Source of the DNA: a virus
Virus record (IMG/VR): IMGVR_UViG_3300031726_000433
Location: 34,722-98,721 of that record
Length of the DNA: 64,000 nucleotides
Reading direction: 5' to 3' (one strand)
Below the pieces are notes generated by a model that worked only from the letters and a program-made list of their open reading frames with translations, had not been told where the DNA came from and searched no databases. The first letter of the stretch is position 1. Each line of letters opens with the position of its first letter. Of this stretch, positions 39,756 through 49,145 are shown piece by piece. A program made the translations under genes and the position numbers.

Positions 39756-40916
39756 ATGAAAGAAGGAAGAGATTTAGTTAACGAAGCCGTAAATGATGCC
39801 AAGGCATTGAAGGAAGCTGCCTTGACTGCTGCAAAAAATGAGCTCCTGGATTCCATGGCACCTGCCATCAAGGAGCTTCTCGAAAAGAGCATTGGAAACG
39901 TCTTGGGTGAGAAGAGAGGCCTAACAGGACGAATTGGACAATCCCAAAGGGGAGATCATTTCAGTCCTCAAGCCCAGAAGTGGGAAGAGGATGCAGATAA
40001 AGGAGAAGCACAAATGGATAAGGAAGCACCAAAGAAGGATGATCAGGAACTCGATCTTGAGTCACTAGCAAGCTTTTTCCCAGCAATGTCTGAGGAACCA
40101 GAGGCTGTTCCTGGAGAAGAAGTCAAGGTGGAAGATCCGGGTGCTATGATGTCCGGAATCCCTACTCTCGGCGAAGCTGAAGAAGAGGAAGGAGAGGAAG
40201 TAAAGGAAGGAAAGAAGAAGAAGGAAGGCGAAGAAGAGGAAGAGGAGGAAGAAAAGATGGAAGAGACAATCGAGATCTCTGAGTCAGAACTCAAGAAGGT
40301 CTATGAGGCTGCTCTTGCAACTGAAGCTTCTGTTAAGAAGGGATTTGGTGATATGACCAAGGCAGGTGAGCTTGATCAGGTTGTTAAGGACACAGGCAAG
40401 GGTCTAAACCCAGAGAAGAAGGGCGAGAAGATGTGGGGAGAGAAGCCTGACTCTGAACTAGAGGCTCAGCAAGATTTCACTGTCAAGGAGATGATCCAGA
40501 AGGGAATGGCTGAAAATAAGTCTCTTCGTGAGAATCTTAAGAAGGCAGTTGACATCATCCGTACTCTTGGTGCTCGCCTCCACGAAGTCAACCTTTTCAA
40601 TGCAAAGGTTCTTCATGTTAATAGCGTGCTTAACAAGCACAATCGTCTAACTGCTGAACAGAAGCAGGTCGTTCTTGAGTCAATCGACAAGGCCAAGACC
40701 ATTGACGAAGTCAAGATGGTTTATGAAGCCATCACAAACAGCTTTGCAGCAGCAGGAAAGCTTACTGAGTCTAAAACTAATAAGCCAACTGCCAATGCAC
40801 AACGCGCTCGCTCTTCAGGAGCAGCGAACCAGAAGGTCCTCAGCGAATCTGTGGATCGCAACCAAAACGAAGGCTTCTCAAGGCTACAACAGCTTGCGGG
40901 TCTCGTAAGTAAGTAA
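39756..40916 (+). CDS. Prohead scaffolding/core protein
   Basis: Very Glu-rich coiled coil directly upstream of the capsid gene; LHEVNLFNAK; C-terminal RLQQLAGL; AGGAG SD. Confidence 0.75.
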   Translation: MKEGRDLVNEAVNDAKALKEAALTAAKNELLDSMAPAIKELLEKSIGNVLGEKRGLTGRIGQSQRGDHFSPQAQKWEEDADKGEAQMDKEAPKKDDQELDLESLASFFPAMSEEPEAVPGEEVKVEDPGAMMSGIPTLGEAEEEEGEEVKEGKKKKEGEEEEEEEEKMEETIEISESELKKVYEAALATEASVKKGFGDMTKAGELDQVVKDTGKGLNPEKKGEKMWGEKPDSELEAQQDFTVKEMIQKGMAENKSLRENLKKAVDIIRTLGARLHEVNLFNAKVLHVNSVLNKHNRLTAEQKQVVLESIDKAKTIDEVKMVYEAITNSFAAAGKLTESKTNKPTANAQRARSSGAANQKVLSESVDRNQNEGFSRLQQLAGLVSK

Positions 40917-40956
40917 CGTCCACAACAGCCTATAAGGCAAAAGGAGAATCGTAAAA

Positions 40957-42636
40957 ATGGATTTAAATTCGATCATGACTGAGGGGATCACACAAGTTGA
41001 TCGTCAGAAGGAGACGACAAAGCTTGTTGGAAAGTGGGATAGGACAGGACTCCTAAAGGGTCTTCAGGATTCCAAGACGAACCCAATCAAGTCAAACATG
41101 GCTCGCCTCTTGGAAAACCAAGCTGGCCAGCTTCTTAGAGAATCTACTTCAACTGGAGATATTCAAGGGTTCCAGAACGTAGCATTCCCTATCGTACGTA
41201 GAGTGTTCGCTGGCTTGATTGCAAACGAACTCGTCTCCGTTCAGCCAATGAGCCTTCCATCTGGATTGCTCTTCTATCTAGATTACAGATATGACACAGT
41301 AAAGGCAGGTGATAAGGCGAAGGACTTCGCAGCGGGCGGTTCGTTGTTTGGCGATCGTAACTCACTCCAGGATTCTCAGGGCGCAGGTTCGTTGTACAAC
41401 CTTGCAACCTCATTCTCCCAGCGTGAAAAGATTGCAACTGGTTCATTCTCTGGTTCTCTTGCTACGGCATCTCTATCAGACATCAACTGGGATCCAGAAC
41501 TCTCTGCAAGCATTGGTGCCGGTACACTTAAGGCATTCACTGTTACGAACGCATGGTCTGGTGTTGGATCACTCGGTGGCGCAATGACAGATACTGCTTC
41601 TCTTAAGCAGTGGGTCGTTGTTTCTGGTTCGTCAACTGTTTCTTCTGCAAGCACTGACGGTACTCCAGTACGCCTTGGTCTAGCAACCGTTGTTCGTCGT
41701 CACACTCGCAAGAGCGGAAACGACATCGTATTCATCCTTGATACTACGGATGGATTCCCAACTGCGATGGAAGCATGCAAGGTTTCATACCTTGTCGGTG
41801 CAACCCTCACTGGTGGAACTTCTGGTACTCTTACATCTCCAGACTTTGAATCTGACCTTGGTGCATCTCCAATGCCAGTTATTCCAGAGTTGGATATCAG
41901 AATCGAATCACAGGCCGTTACAGCATCAAGCCGCAAGCTACGCGCAAAGTGGACTCCTGAACTAGCGCAGGACCTCGCAGCTTACCAGAACTTGGACGCA
42001 GAAGTTGAGCTTACTCAGGTTCTTTCTGAGGCAATCGCCCTAGAAATCGACCGTGAAATTCTTGCGGACCTTCTCTACGGAGCAACCGGAGCTAACTACT
42101 TCTGGTCACGTATGCCAGGTAAGTTCCTTGATAAGACCAACGGTAACACTGTGTCGGGTGCTTCATTCACTGGTACGGTTCGTGAATGGTACGAAACCTT
42201 GATCGAAACGATCATCGACGTTGCCAACACAATCCACAGAAAGACACTACGTGGTGCTGCTAACTTCGTGGTTACTTCTCCAGACGTTGCAACTATTCTT
42301 GAGGCTTCAGTCCTCTACAAGCCAGTCCTTTCGATGGATCCACAGGAGACCATGTTCTCCGTTGGAACCGAGAAGGTCGGTACGTTGAACAGCCGCTTCA
42401 CGGTCTACAAGGATCCATACTTCCCAAGAAACAGAATCTTGGTTGGTTACAAGGGATCAAGCTTCTTGGAAACTGGATTCGTATATGCTCCTTACGTTCC
42501 ATTGATTGTAACTCCAACAATCTATGCTCCAGAAGACTTCACTCCACGTAAGGGTGTTATGACCAGGTACGCCAAAAAAATGGTCAGGTCAGATTTTTAC
42601 GGGACGGTCACCGTAATGGACATGAATGTAATCTAA
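40957..42636 (+). CDS. gp23: Major capsid protein (T4 gp23-like)
   Basis: LLENQ, PIVRRVF, VSVQPMSLPSGLLFY, SRKLRAKWTPELAQDL, DAEVELT, EIDREI, YAPYVPL, FTPRKGVMTRYA. Confidence 0.97.
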   Translation: MDLNSIMTEGITQVDRQKETTKLVGKWDRTGLLKGLQDSKTNPIKSNMARLLENQAGQLLRESTSTGDIQGFQNVAFPIVRRVFAGLIANELVSVQPMSLPSGLLFYLDYRYDTVKAGDKAKDFAAGGSLFGDRNSLQDSQGAGSLYNLATSFSQREKIATGSFSGSLATASLSDINWDPELSASIGAGTLKAFTVTNAWSGVGSLGGAMTDTASLKQWVVVSGSSTVSSASTDGTPVRLGLATVVRRHTRKSGNDIVFILDTTDGFPTAMEACKVSYLVGATLTGGTSGTLTSPDFESDLGASPMPVIPELDIRIESQAVTASSRKLRAKWTPELAQDLAAYQNLDAEVELTQVLSEAIALEIDREILADLLYGATGANYFWSRMPGKFLDKTNGNTVSGASFTGTVREWYETLIETIIDVANTIHRKTLRGAANFVVTSPDVATILEASVLYKPVLSMDPQETMFSVGTEKVGTLNSRFTVYKDPYFPRNRILVGYKGSSFLETGFVYAPYVPLIVTPTIYAPEDFTPRKGVMTRYAKKMVRSDFYGTVTVMDMNVI

Positions 42637-42657
42637 GTTCGTAGCTAGAAAAATGAT

Positions 42658-42690
42658 AAAGGCTCCCGTGAGTTTCCGGGAGCCTTTTTT
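42658..42690 (+). terminator. Intrinsic terminator after the capsid gene
   Basis: AAAGGCTCCCG-loop-CGGGAGCCTTT followed by a T tract. Confidence 0.85.
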
Positions 42691-42734
42691 ATTTCATTTA
42701 ATGACTTTCCATAGAAGAAAGTATAGTTATTTTT

Positions 42735-43259
42735 ATGGAAAATAAAATCAATGAATGCTTAGAGTGTAAAGAACAAACTTCCGAAATAGCTTATCACGTG
42801 AAAGTTATTCACAAGATGAGTTACAACAATTACGTTTCAAAACATAACCTTCCTAGAGTATGTCATTGTGGAAAAGAGTTATCGATCCCGAAGAACACGA
42901 AGGTCGAATCTGGCCGCGGCGGCGGAAGAACTCGCCAACACTGTTCACCACTTTGTAATCAACATGCAAATACTTGGTGGAGAGTCTATGGTCTTGAGCC
43001 AAGTGACTATTGGGATACTTTAGAAAAACAGAATGGCGTTTGCGCCATTTGTCATCAACCACCAGAAGATGGAGATAGACAATTTGCAGTAGATCATGAG
43101 CATGTCGACGGATATGAGAATATGACTCCAGAAGAAAAGAAAAAGTATTTCAGAGGTTTGCTCTGCATCGTTTGTAACAGGTTCAGACTTGCAAAAATTG
43201 ATCTTGAAATTGCTCGCAAGATTGTCTCATATCTCGAGTCGTACCATTCTAAGATATAA
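42735..43259 (+). CDS. Endonuclease VII-family (His-Me finger) putative homing endonuclease
   Basis: YGL...QNGVCAIC...FAVDHEH...RGLLCIVCN; N-terminal Cys/His-rich fingers. Confidence 0.85.
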   Translation: MENKINECLECKEQTSEIAYHVKVIHKMSYNNYVSKHNLPRVCHCGKELSIPKNTKVESGRGGGRTRQHCSPLCNQHANTWWRVYGLEPSDYWDTLEKQNGVCAICHQPPEDGDRQFAVDHEHVDGYENMTPEEKKKYFRGLLCIVCNRFRLAKIDLEIARKIVSYLESYHSKI

Positions 43260-43300
43260 CATTTCTTTTTTCTAAACATGTCTTTTCTTGAAACTCACAT

Positions 43301-43308
43301 CTAGTTAG
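43301..43308 (+). promoter_or_regulatory. Putative late promoter (TANTTA motif)
   Basis: CTAGTTAG upstream of 43324, where transcription must restart after the capsid terminator. Confidence 0.55.
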
Positions 43309-43323
43309 CTAGAGGCTTGTCAA

Positions 43324-44118
43324 ATGAAATCTATTCTGCTATTAATAGAAAAGTGGCATGATAAACTTCATGGCGGCGAAGCTGACAAAAAGAAACCGTC
43401 CGATTTTGATCCAGAGCAACTTAAGATTGGAATCAAATCAGAGATGGAACACACCAACGATAAGCACATCGCAGCTGAAATCGCAATGGATCATTTGAAG
43501 GAAGATCCAAATTACTATGAGAAACTTTCTAAGATCGAGAAAGAATCACGGGAGAATAAAATGAAATTGCCTAAACTTAACGAGGTTTTCGTAGCAAAAG
43601 AAGCCTGGCCACAGGATGATATGAAGGATGCTGAAGGACAGCCAATGGGCCAGAATCCATATGGTGTCTACGGGCCCAAGGCTGACGACGATAAGCGAAA
43701 GAATATGGACAAGGCTAAGCAATCAGGTAAGCGCTTTGACACACTCCAGAAGCGTCGAGCCAACACAGCTGCAAAGAAAGGAACAGCTCCAAAAGAACCT
43801 CAACAGATGGACCTTCCGGGGATGAAAGATGTCTTCTCTTCTAAGCCACAGTCAAAGGCGGCATTTGCTAAACAGAATGATGGTCGCCCTGCTCTTGATC
43901 AAGTTAAGGGAAAGTTTGTACATGTACCACAAGACAGTGGACTAGAACGTGGTTTCTCAAAGGATGCAGGTTACACATGGGAAACAATGCCAGGAAAGAT
44001 TGCTAAGCAACTTAAGCCAGATGACAAGCAAAAAGCTGCTTGGGGTCACGCAACATACAGAATTGAAGATGATGGAAGTTTCAAGATGGTAGATTCAAAT
44101 TGGGATTCAAGCGGGTGA
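43324..44118 (+). CDS. Putative head protein: N-terminal DUF5661-like domain fused to a basic domain with its own internal start
   Basis: QLKIGIKSEMEHT...EIAMDHLKEDPNYYEKL motif; in-frame GGAGA-ATAAA-ATG at 43561. Confidence 0.55.
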   Translation: MKSILLLIEKWHDKLHGGEADKKKPSDFDPEQLKIGIKSEMEHTNDKHIAAEIAMDHLKEDPNYYEKLSKIEKESRENKMKLPKLNEVFVAKEAWPQDDMKDAEGQPMGQNPYGVYGPKADDDKRKNMDKAKQSGKRFDTLQKRRANTAAKKGTAPKEPQQMDLPGMKDVFSSKPQSKAAFAKQNDGRPALDQVKGKFVHVPQDSGLERGFSKDAGYTWETMPGKIAKQLKPDDKQKAAWGHATYRIEDDGSFKMVDSNWDSSG

Positions 44119-44129
44119 GGAATTGATTA

Positions 44130-45275
44130 ATGGCATTTCAACCTGGCAATACGCCATTTGGTATATTCGATAACGATTCGCAGTTTCAGTTAGAAGCTGA
44201 TAGGATCGTAGAATTTACATTGCTTAAGCTGGGCGCGCCAGTTATGGCTGTCCACATGAGCTCGAGTCAGATCTATGCTTCATTTGAAGAAGCAGCGCTA
44301 GAGTACTCAGCAATCATCAATTCATATCAAGCAAAGTCTGTCATAACTTCATTCCTCGGAGCTCCAACTGGATCTCTATCTGGATCTGAACAGAAGTATG
44401 TTACACAGAATCTAGAGTTCCAGAAGAAGTTGGCAGAACCATATGGTGACTCTGGTCCTCTGATGGTCAACACGTCATTGCCTTTGTACAGTGGATCCAT
44501 CAATCTTCAGACAGGACAGCAGAAGTATAACCTCAACGGCTTGTTTGCATCTCAATTAACAGGATCGGGAAATACAAAGTTGGTCGTAAGACAGATTTAC
44601 CACTTCAGTCCAATGTCTGCTTACAGATTCTTTGGTACAACTTCTGCAATGAATTACTTGCATAATCAGTTTAACTTCGAATCATTCACACCAGAGACTA
44701 TCTTCTATCTTCTTCCAATCTGGGAAGACATTCTTCGCGGAATGCAGTTTGAAACTTCGAATAGAGTTCGTAGATCAAATTACAGCTATGAAATGCATAA
44801 CAATGAGTTAACTGTGTTTCCAGCTCCAGCGAACAATATGCCGTTGTGGATAACGTGGCAGTACCCACCAAATCCAACTCAACCAGCAGCTATAAACGGA
44901 TTAAGTGGGTCTGTTGATCAAAGTTTCTATGGCGTTTCTAATCTTTCAAATGTACCGTTTGGAAATATTGAATATTCAGGACTTAACTCAATTTCAAAAC
45001 AGTGGATAAGAAGATTTGCGTTTGCTCTTGCAAAGGAAATTGAAGGACAAATCAGATCTAAGATGTCTAGCATTCCAATTCCAAATGGTGATCTAAACCT
45101 AAATGGGCCAGAGCTTATTGCTGATGCAAGAGCAGAGCAGGATAGATTGAGAGAAGAATTGAAGGCAATGCTTGAAGACATGACATACGACAAGTTGGCA
45201 GCTCGTCAAGCAGAACAGGCGGCATCTCTTGAACAAGTTATCATGAGAATTCCACTGGGAATCTATATTGGATAA
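44130..45275 (+). CDS. Neck/head-completion protein (T4 gp13-like)
   Basis: LKLGAPVMAVH, KQWIRRFAFALAKEIEGQIRSK...IP..DLNLNGPELI; position after capsid gene. Confidence 0.75.
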   Translation: MAFQPGNTPFGIFDNDSQFQLEADRIVEFTLLKLGAPVMAVHMSSSQIYASFEEAALEYSAIINSYQAKSVITSFLGAPTGSLSGSEQKYVTQNLEFQKKLAEPYGDSGPLMVNTSLPLYSGSINLQTGQQKYNLNGLFASQLTGSGNTKLVVRQIYHFSPMSAYRFFGTTSAMNYLHNQFNFESFTPETIFYLLPIWEDILRGMQFETSNRVRRSNYSYEMHNNELTVFPAPANNMPLWITWQYPPNPTQPAAINGLSGSVDQSFYGVSNLSNVPFGNIEYSGLNSISKQWIRRFAFALAKEIEGQIRSKMSSIPIPNGDLNLNGPELIADARAEQDRLREELKAMLEDMTYDKLAARQAEQAASLEQVIMRIPLGIYIG

Positions 45276-46999
45276 TGTCAAGAAAATTCATAACAGATCG
45301 CGAAATTGCCTTTATCAATTCTATAAACAAGGAATTGATTCAGTCTGTCGTTGGACAGGAGATATCGTATTACTCAATTTCTCTTGAAAAGAGCAGAGCA
45401 AATAGACTTTATGACGAAGCCATAGAAAAGGTATGGGACCCACCAGTTCTAATAAATGCAAGAATAATGTGGGATAACACACAGTCTGCTTCTACGTCAT
45501 TCGGTGTAGACTCAAAATACTCACTGGAAGTTTACTTTCACAACAAAGAACTTGAAGAAAGAAATATACTTCCTAAGGAAGGCGACTTCATAGAGTTTGG
45601 AGAAGTCTTCTTTGAAATCACATCTGTCACACAACCACAGATAGTGTTCGGGCAAATCAACAATAAGATCATGACGAAGTGTGTTTGTGTTCCTTCACGC
45701 GAAGGTCAGTTTCAGGCTGGTGCCCGAGACAGCGAGGGAATTCAACATACACATCCAGTTGAACAGGTCATAGATCCAGATCTCGTAGATGTCCCACCAC
45801 AGATAACTTCACTAAGATTCACAGGAAACTATCCAGGATCCCAAACTGAATTGAAGGCCGGAGATACATTTCAGGTAACTGGAACGACGAACAAGGCGGC
45901 TGTAGGAGTTAGAGTTCTAGACTTCGGAGCAGCCACATTATCTGAGATAAGCTTCTCGTCAACCACGACATTCACAGTCACTGTAACAATAGCTGACAGA
46001 GGAACCACTACACAGAGTCTCACAGCCAAGCTTCAAGCAAGAAATAATAGAGGTTCATATGGTAATCCTGTTGCAACTTCAAACACTGTAGTTCTAAACA
46101 ACACTATCCCATCATTACAATTACTTTCAATAAGCTATCCAATAAATCAAATGGCACTGAAGAATTCAGAATCAGCTTTGGTGGACATTCTTATATCAGA
46201 TGCAGATACCATGTTGTTTGAAAGTCCAAACAACGAGTTGAGTGTGTTAGATCCGACAGTTATTGAAACACCAAAGACTGTTACAAGAATAGCTGGGACA
46301 TACAATATTTCAGCAACGAATTTCAGAGCAACAGCTAATAGAGCTGCAAATAATTCCCAGGCAGTTCTCAATACAAATGTTGCAATAGTGAATGTAGCTC
46401 CATCTGTTTCAGCTATACTTCCAGCAGCACGTCTAAGATCTGGTGGAAATGATGGTACAGTTGTTCAAGATCATGTGATAGCTCTATCTTCAGATCAACC
46501 ACTTTATGTTGTCCCTGTCATGGATGAAGCTATAGGTGGTGGTACGTTCCTTGCAGATTGGTCAGGGTTTGATGCGACGTGGACCAGAACACTTCAGGTT
46601 CATGATAATCAAACAAAGGGAATCTACAGTTGGAGAAACATGTCTTTCGTGGGGTTGTCAGGTTTGACAACAACTACGCTAAACTCTGGAACAACATATG
46701 AGCTTGGCGGATTTGTAGCAAGAACAATAACATTTGCACCATTCAGTCATACGGCAACTATAAATGTGGCAGTTTCTCAATATTCACTGTTGCAAGCTGG
46801 CGTATTTACGGCGACGAATCAACAGTCATTTCTTAATGTGACACAAGGAAATCACAGTAACATTGCAGATACGTTCACTGTTAATTCAGTTGGTTCAAAT
46901 CCAACAACTGTCTACTGGAATGATGATGCGGCTGCTGGATCTAACTCAAGTGGGTTAGCCCAACTTCTTAGCTTAGAAGAATTGATAACAAGTAATTAA
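45275..46999 (+). CDS. Neck protein (T4 gp14-like N-terminus) with ~400-aa beta-rich extension
   Basis: ELIQSVVGQEISYY...LYDEA...FG.D...PKEGDFIEF..FFEIT in the first ~150 aa; Thr-rich Ig-like remainder. Confidence 0.65.
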   Translation: MSRKFITDREIAFINSINKELIQSVVGQEISYYSISLEKSRANRLYDEAIEKVWDPPVLINARIMWDNTQSASTSFGVDSKYSLEVYFHNKELEERNILPKEGDFIEFGEVFFEITSVTQPQIVFGQINNKIMTKCVCVPSREGQFQAGARDSEGIQHTHPVEQVIDPDLVDVPPQITSLRFTGNYPGSQTELKAGDTFQVTGTTNKAAVGVRVLDFGAATLSEISFSSTTTFTVTVTIADRGTTTQSLTAKLQARNNRGSYGNPVATSNTVVLNNTIPSLQLLSISYPINQMALKNSESALVDILISDADTMLFESPNNELSVLDPTVIETPKTVTRIAGTYNISATNFRATANRAANNSQAVLNTNVAIVNVAPSVSAILPAARLRSGGNDGTVVQDHVIALSSDQPLYVVPVMDEAIGGGTFLADWSGFDATWTRTLQVHDNQTKGIYSWRNMSFVGLSGLTTTTLNSGTTYELGGFVARTITFAPFSHTATINVAVSQYSLLQAGVFTATNQQSFLNVTQGNHSNIADTFTVNSVGSNPTTVYWNDDAAAGSNSSGLAQLLSLEELITSN

Positions 47000-47010
47000 G
47001 AGGAATTTCG

Positions 47011-48744
47011 ATGAGTGCTTTTGAAACATACGTAAATACCGAACTTCCAAATAGACCAACTCTATTGACATATGAATTGACAAGTTATCAGGGAAATCCC
47101 AATAGCGGTAGCATTCCAGCTATCATGCAGAACTGTCCGAAGGGAACGCTATTTCTAAACAATATAGATTCAAGTCTGTGGAAGAAGCATAGTGCTGCTA
47201 CTGGATCTTGGGTAGAGATGATTGACAGTGGAGATCTTTATACAAGTGCAGTGCAGACTTATTACGTAGATCCTGTTTCTGGAAGTGATGCAAATACTGG
47301 AAGCGCTTCCAATCAAGCATTCCAGACGTTGACGAAGGCTTTGTCAGTCATACCACTGATTGTCAACCACGACCAGACCATTCAAATTGCGGCTGGGACC
47401 TTGGTGGATACGATACCAATCTATGTATCGCCGTTCGACTGTGTTTCGGGTTCAGTTATTGTCCAAGGAACCATGCAGGACGTTTTCCCTACCCAAGGGA
47501 TAGCTACCGGCACATTCGACGCTTCTTTTGCTGGTCAAACCTATGTGCAGACGGCCACCTGTGCGGGTGGTGGGTGGGCAGTTGATGCGCTCAGGGCTGG
47601 TACTTGGGTAGAACTGACCTCCGGTCCGGGTCTTGGAATGCGTTTTCCTATTTCGTCCAATACGGCAACTTCATTGGAAGTAGCCTGTCAAGTAAATAGC
47701 TCCACCGGAGGAGGTATTGATTTCCAAAATCAGACGTTTAAGTTTGTGCGTCCGGCAACAACCATAAGCACATCCGGCACTACGCCTTCAATGATTTTCC
47801 GTGGCGGGTCGAGCTATCACCTTGGTACACCATCTACACCTGCCATACCCGCAACCGGGGTGTTTGAAGCTCAGGTAAGCCTACGACAAATTTCTTTTAA
47901 AACCGCAGCGTCTAGTAGCGCAGCGTCCATATACACAACAGGTGGGGCTGGCATTCAGTTGGTAGACTGTGGGTTTTTGGACGCCAACGGAAATGGCGGA
48001 GTCGCAATAAACGCAGCCCCCGGAAACGGAGCGCTCAACATATTGCGCTGTCTTTTTAGTTGCAACAACTCAAATCGTCAGCACTGCTCATTTACGGGTC
48101 GTGTCGGCTTTGTTTACTACTCGTGCTTTGACAGAGGTTCATCGGGGGTATCGGCGACGGTGGGTTCGATTGTACAGATTGGAGCAATTTTTAACGGCCA
48201 AACTGTCGGTCTACTGTGCTTAGCAGCCTCAAGGGTGACGGGAACTTGGATATTGGTTAAGGGTTGTATTAACTCTGGCTGTCAAGTATATGGAAACTCG
48301 GTGATTTCCTTCACTGGGGCGGTTCCCGGCCGTGTTTATTTCGACGCCAACGCAACGGCCATAACGGCCGAGATTACCACATTGGCAAACCAGCGCGGCG
48401 GGAGGTCTTCTGTACAATTTAACGCATCTGTAGCTGGGGGTGTTGTCTTGAATGGTGGTACCACACTGATATCGCTCAACAACAACTCTGAACTTTTGAT
48501 TACCGGTACTGTGGCCGGAGGTGTATCTCTACTGAACGCTTCCGGATGGGCGGTCAACATGGCACCGACCCTTAGCGCAGTTTACAACACGGCACAGGCT
48601 TCGACTGGCCTCACTATGTCTGGCAACGTTTCCGGAGATTTCACCCTCGATGGCACAACCATTACCAGCTTGGCTTCGCTGAGGGCTTTGACTCCGAAGC
48701 GGATTGTAGACTTGACGAATTTTAACAGGTTGGTGGAGGTCTAA
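47011..48744 (+). CDS. Putative fibre/spike protein with beta-helix (pectin-lyase-like) region
   Basis: YYVDPVSGSDANTG...AFQTLTKAL...TIQIAAG is a typical beta-helix N-cap; G/S/A/N-rich repeats follow. Confidence 0.6.
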   Translation: MSAFETYVNTELPNRPTLLTYELTSYQGNPNSGSIPAIMQNCPKGTLFLNNIDSSLWKKHSAATGSWVEMIDSGDLYTSAVQTYYVDPVSGSDANTGSASNQAFQTLTKALSVIPLIVNHDQTIQIAAGTLVDTIPIYVSPFDCVSGSVIVQGTMQDVFPTQGIATGTFDASFAGQTYVQTATCAGGGWAVDALRAGTWVELTSGPGLGMRFPISSNTATSLEVACQVNSSTGGGIDFQNQTFKFVRPATTISTSGTTPSMIFRGGSSYHLGTPSTPAIPATGVFEAQVSLRQISFKTAASSSAASIYTTGGAGIQLVDCGFLDANGNGGVAINAAPGNGALNILRCLFSCNNSNRQHCSFTGRVGFVYYSCFDRGSSGVSATVGSIVQIGAIFNGQTVGLLCLAASRVTGTWILVKGCINSGCQVYGNSVISFTGAVPGRVYFDANATAITAEITTLANQRGGRSSVQFNASVAGGVVLNGGTTLISLNNNSELLITGTVAGGVSLLNASGWAVNMAPTLSAVYNTAQASTGLTMSGNVSGDFTLDGTTITSLASLRALTPKRIVDLTNFNRLVEV

Positions 48745-48745
48745 T

Positions 48746-49045
48746 ATGGGTTCTCAAATTCAGGGAAACACTTACGTTTCCAACATCCAGATGGTCAACA
48801 AAATCACAACCGATACGACCATTTATGTCACCACTACTGGAAACGACACGACTGGCGACGGAAGCGTTGGCAACACTAACGGCATTGTACTTAATAAGGG
48901 TGCAAAAGCGCAGATTGATGCAAACGCAATTTTAGGTGCGACTACTGATATCACCTACGACGGTGTGAACGCCACCCTAGCTTCCATGCGGTCAGCCTCA
49001 CCTAAGTTACTCACTAATGCCTATGGTACAATAATCTACGAATAG
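48746..49045 (+). pseudogene. Probable internally deleted paralog of the preceding fibre gene
   Basis: Keeps the N-cap (IYVTTTGNDTTGDGS) joined directly to a C-terminus (ITYDGVNATLASMRSASPK) matching the neighbour's (FTLDGTTITSLASLRALTPK). Confidence 0.5.
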
Positions 49046-49104
49046 AACATAAGAAGATATTTAGGCATTAAGCAAATTGTCGACCATAACTAGAATTAGG
49101 TGTC

Positions 49105-49136
49105 ATTTCAAAATGTATAATTTCAAAATGTATAAT
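49105..49136 (+). repeat. 15-bp tandem duplication (ATTTCAAAATGTATA x2) giving two TATAAT boxes
   Basis: Read directly; immediately upstream of the GGAG SD and ATG 49146. Confidence 0.8.
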
Positions 49137-49145
49137 GGAGCTTCT

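Noticed and set aside
29998-42636. Introns or inteins in terminase, portal or capsid genes given the nearby endonucleases
   Set aside because: Each gene is continuous with its expected motifs in order; the nuclease ORFs lie between genes and no intein-like C...HN segments were seen.
47011-49045. Diversity-generating retroelement acting on the fibre genes
   Set aside because: No reverse transcriptase in the window and no near-identical template/variable repeat pair differing at adenines was seen.
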